DNA of 63,768 nucleotides, the filler included, from Octopus bimaculoides (Eukaryota): NCBI RefSeq assembly GCF_001194135.2. It is 6 parts of 6 records of this genome, joined end to end, with 100 filler letters (N's around TTAATTAATTAA, not from the genome) between each part and the next. Parts side by side here need not be neighbours in the genome. Positions count along the whole stretch, not along the records: positions 62,377 to 63,768 come from NW_026417038.1; 5 more parts are not named here. The stretch is one strand, 5' to 3'. The position numbers and the translations under genes were made by a program. Below, in pieces: positions 62,593 to 63,768 of this stretch (the first letter of the stretch is position 1; each line of letters begins with the position of its first letter). Under the pieces are notes generated by a model that was given only the letters and a program-made list of their open reading frames with translations, was not told where the DNA came from and searched no databases.

Positions 62593-63035
62593 AGGCGCAG
62601 GCATGGCTGTGTGGTAAGAAGCTTGCTTCTCAACCACACGGTTCTGGGTTCGGTCCCACTGCATGACACCTTCGGCAAGTGCCGTCTGCTATAGCCTCAA
62701 GCTAACCAACACCTTGTGAGTGTAATTGGCTGATGGAAACTCAGAGAAGCCTGTCGGATATATATATATATATATATGCATGTATGTATGTATGTATGTA
62801 TGTATATATGTATACATGTATATGTTTATGTGTGTGTGTCTTTGCATCTGTGATTGCCCCTGCCACCATCGCTTGCCAACCGATAGTTTAGTGGTTTGGC
62901 AAAAGAGACTGATAAAATAAGTTCTAGGCTTACAAGGAATGAATCCTAGGGTCGATTTCTTTGACTAAAAACAATCCTTTAAGACAGTGCTCCAGTATGG
63001 CCGTTGTCAAATGATTGAAACAAGTAAAAGAAAAG
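62593..63035 (+). mobile_element. Full-length SINE type S1
   Basis: AGGCGCAGGCATGGCTGTGTGGTAAG...GGTTCGGTCCC head; tail TGATTGAAACAAGTAAAAG. Confidence 0.88.
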
Positions 63036-63090
63036 ACTGAAAGAATTTATACACAAAAACGCACACACACCAACCACAACCATACATATA

Positions 63091-63123
<33 letters not shown>

Positions 63124-63768
63124 CTTCAGATACATATACACAGACACAGCTGTACAGATACATATACACAGACACACACATGTGTGTGTGTGTGTGTGTG
63201 TGTGTTTACACGTGTAGTAACAGACATACACCCAAATTCAAGAACATATACATATACACACATACGTACACATACACATAAGAACACTATCACATTCATA
63301 CAAACAAACACATTAGGACATAGAGTAACAAGACATACACATACGCATATACACACATATGTACAATTTGATTACATAGAGACATAGTTTTACAAATTTA
63401 CACATACATACATACATACATAGAGTCAAACAAACACACAAAGAATCAAACATGCACACACACAAGCTCTGTCACATACATACAGCTAGACATTTCCACA
63501 CTGGCACAGTCACATAATCACATATACTCTAGGATACACATATATATACCAATGCACAGTTACATACATACACATGCAAAATACACACACACACACACAC
63601 AATCTGACACACTTATAGTCACTCACATATACATGCACACATGTGCATGCAAATTCGTTCTCATACATACAGATAGATGCATATACTTTCAGATACATAC
63701 TTTCACAATCACACGCATATACACTCTAGTACAATCACACACACAGTCACACACAAATACAGATATGC

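Overview
AT-rich, microsatellite-dense eukaryotic DNA from a gapped draft assembly. The SINE and RTE-tail repertoire resembles an octopod cephalopod (inference). No host gene could be recognised; two weak exon candidates are noted under findings. The window is a mosaic of decayed mobile elements: two head-to-head L1/Tx1-clade LINE copies (18.2-25.3 kb), a Chapaev3-like DNA transposon (10.0-12.9 kb), hAT and Tc1/mariner derivatives, many RTE LINE fragments, about five tRNA-derived SINE types and several Penelope-type pseudo-LTR hairpins. Main observation: a ~285-bp repeat carries AATAAA followed by a minimal type I hammerhead ribozyme. It lies in sense at the 3' end of one L1/Tx1 copy and in sense just upstream of the 5' UTR of the second copy. 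This suggests an APE-RT LINE family with hammerhead-bearing terminal repeats, or ribozyme-processed tandem arrays. At least four further hammerhead motifs occur in Penelope-like remnants. The Chapaev element also carries a locally templated, microhomology-joined composite insertion. All calls were made by eye; no database searches were run.
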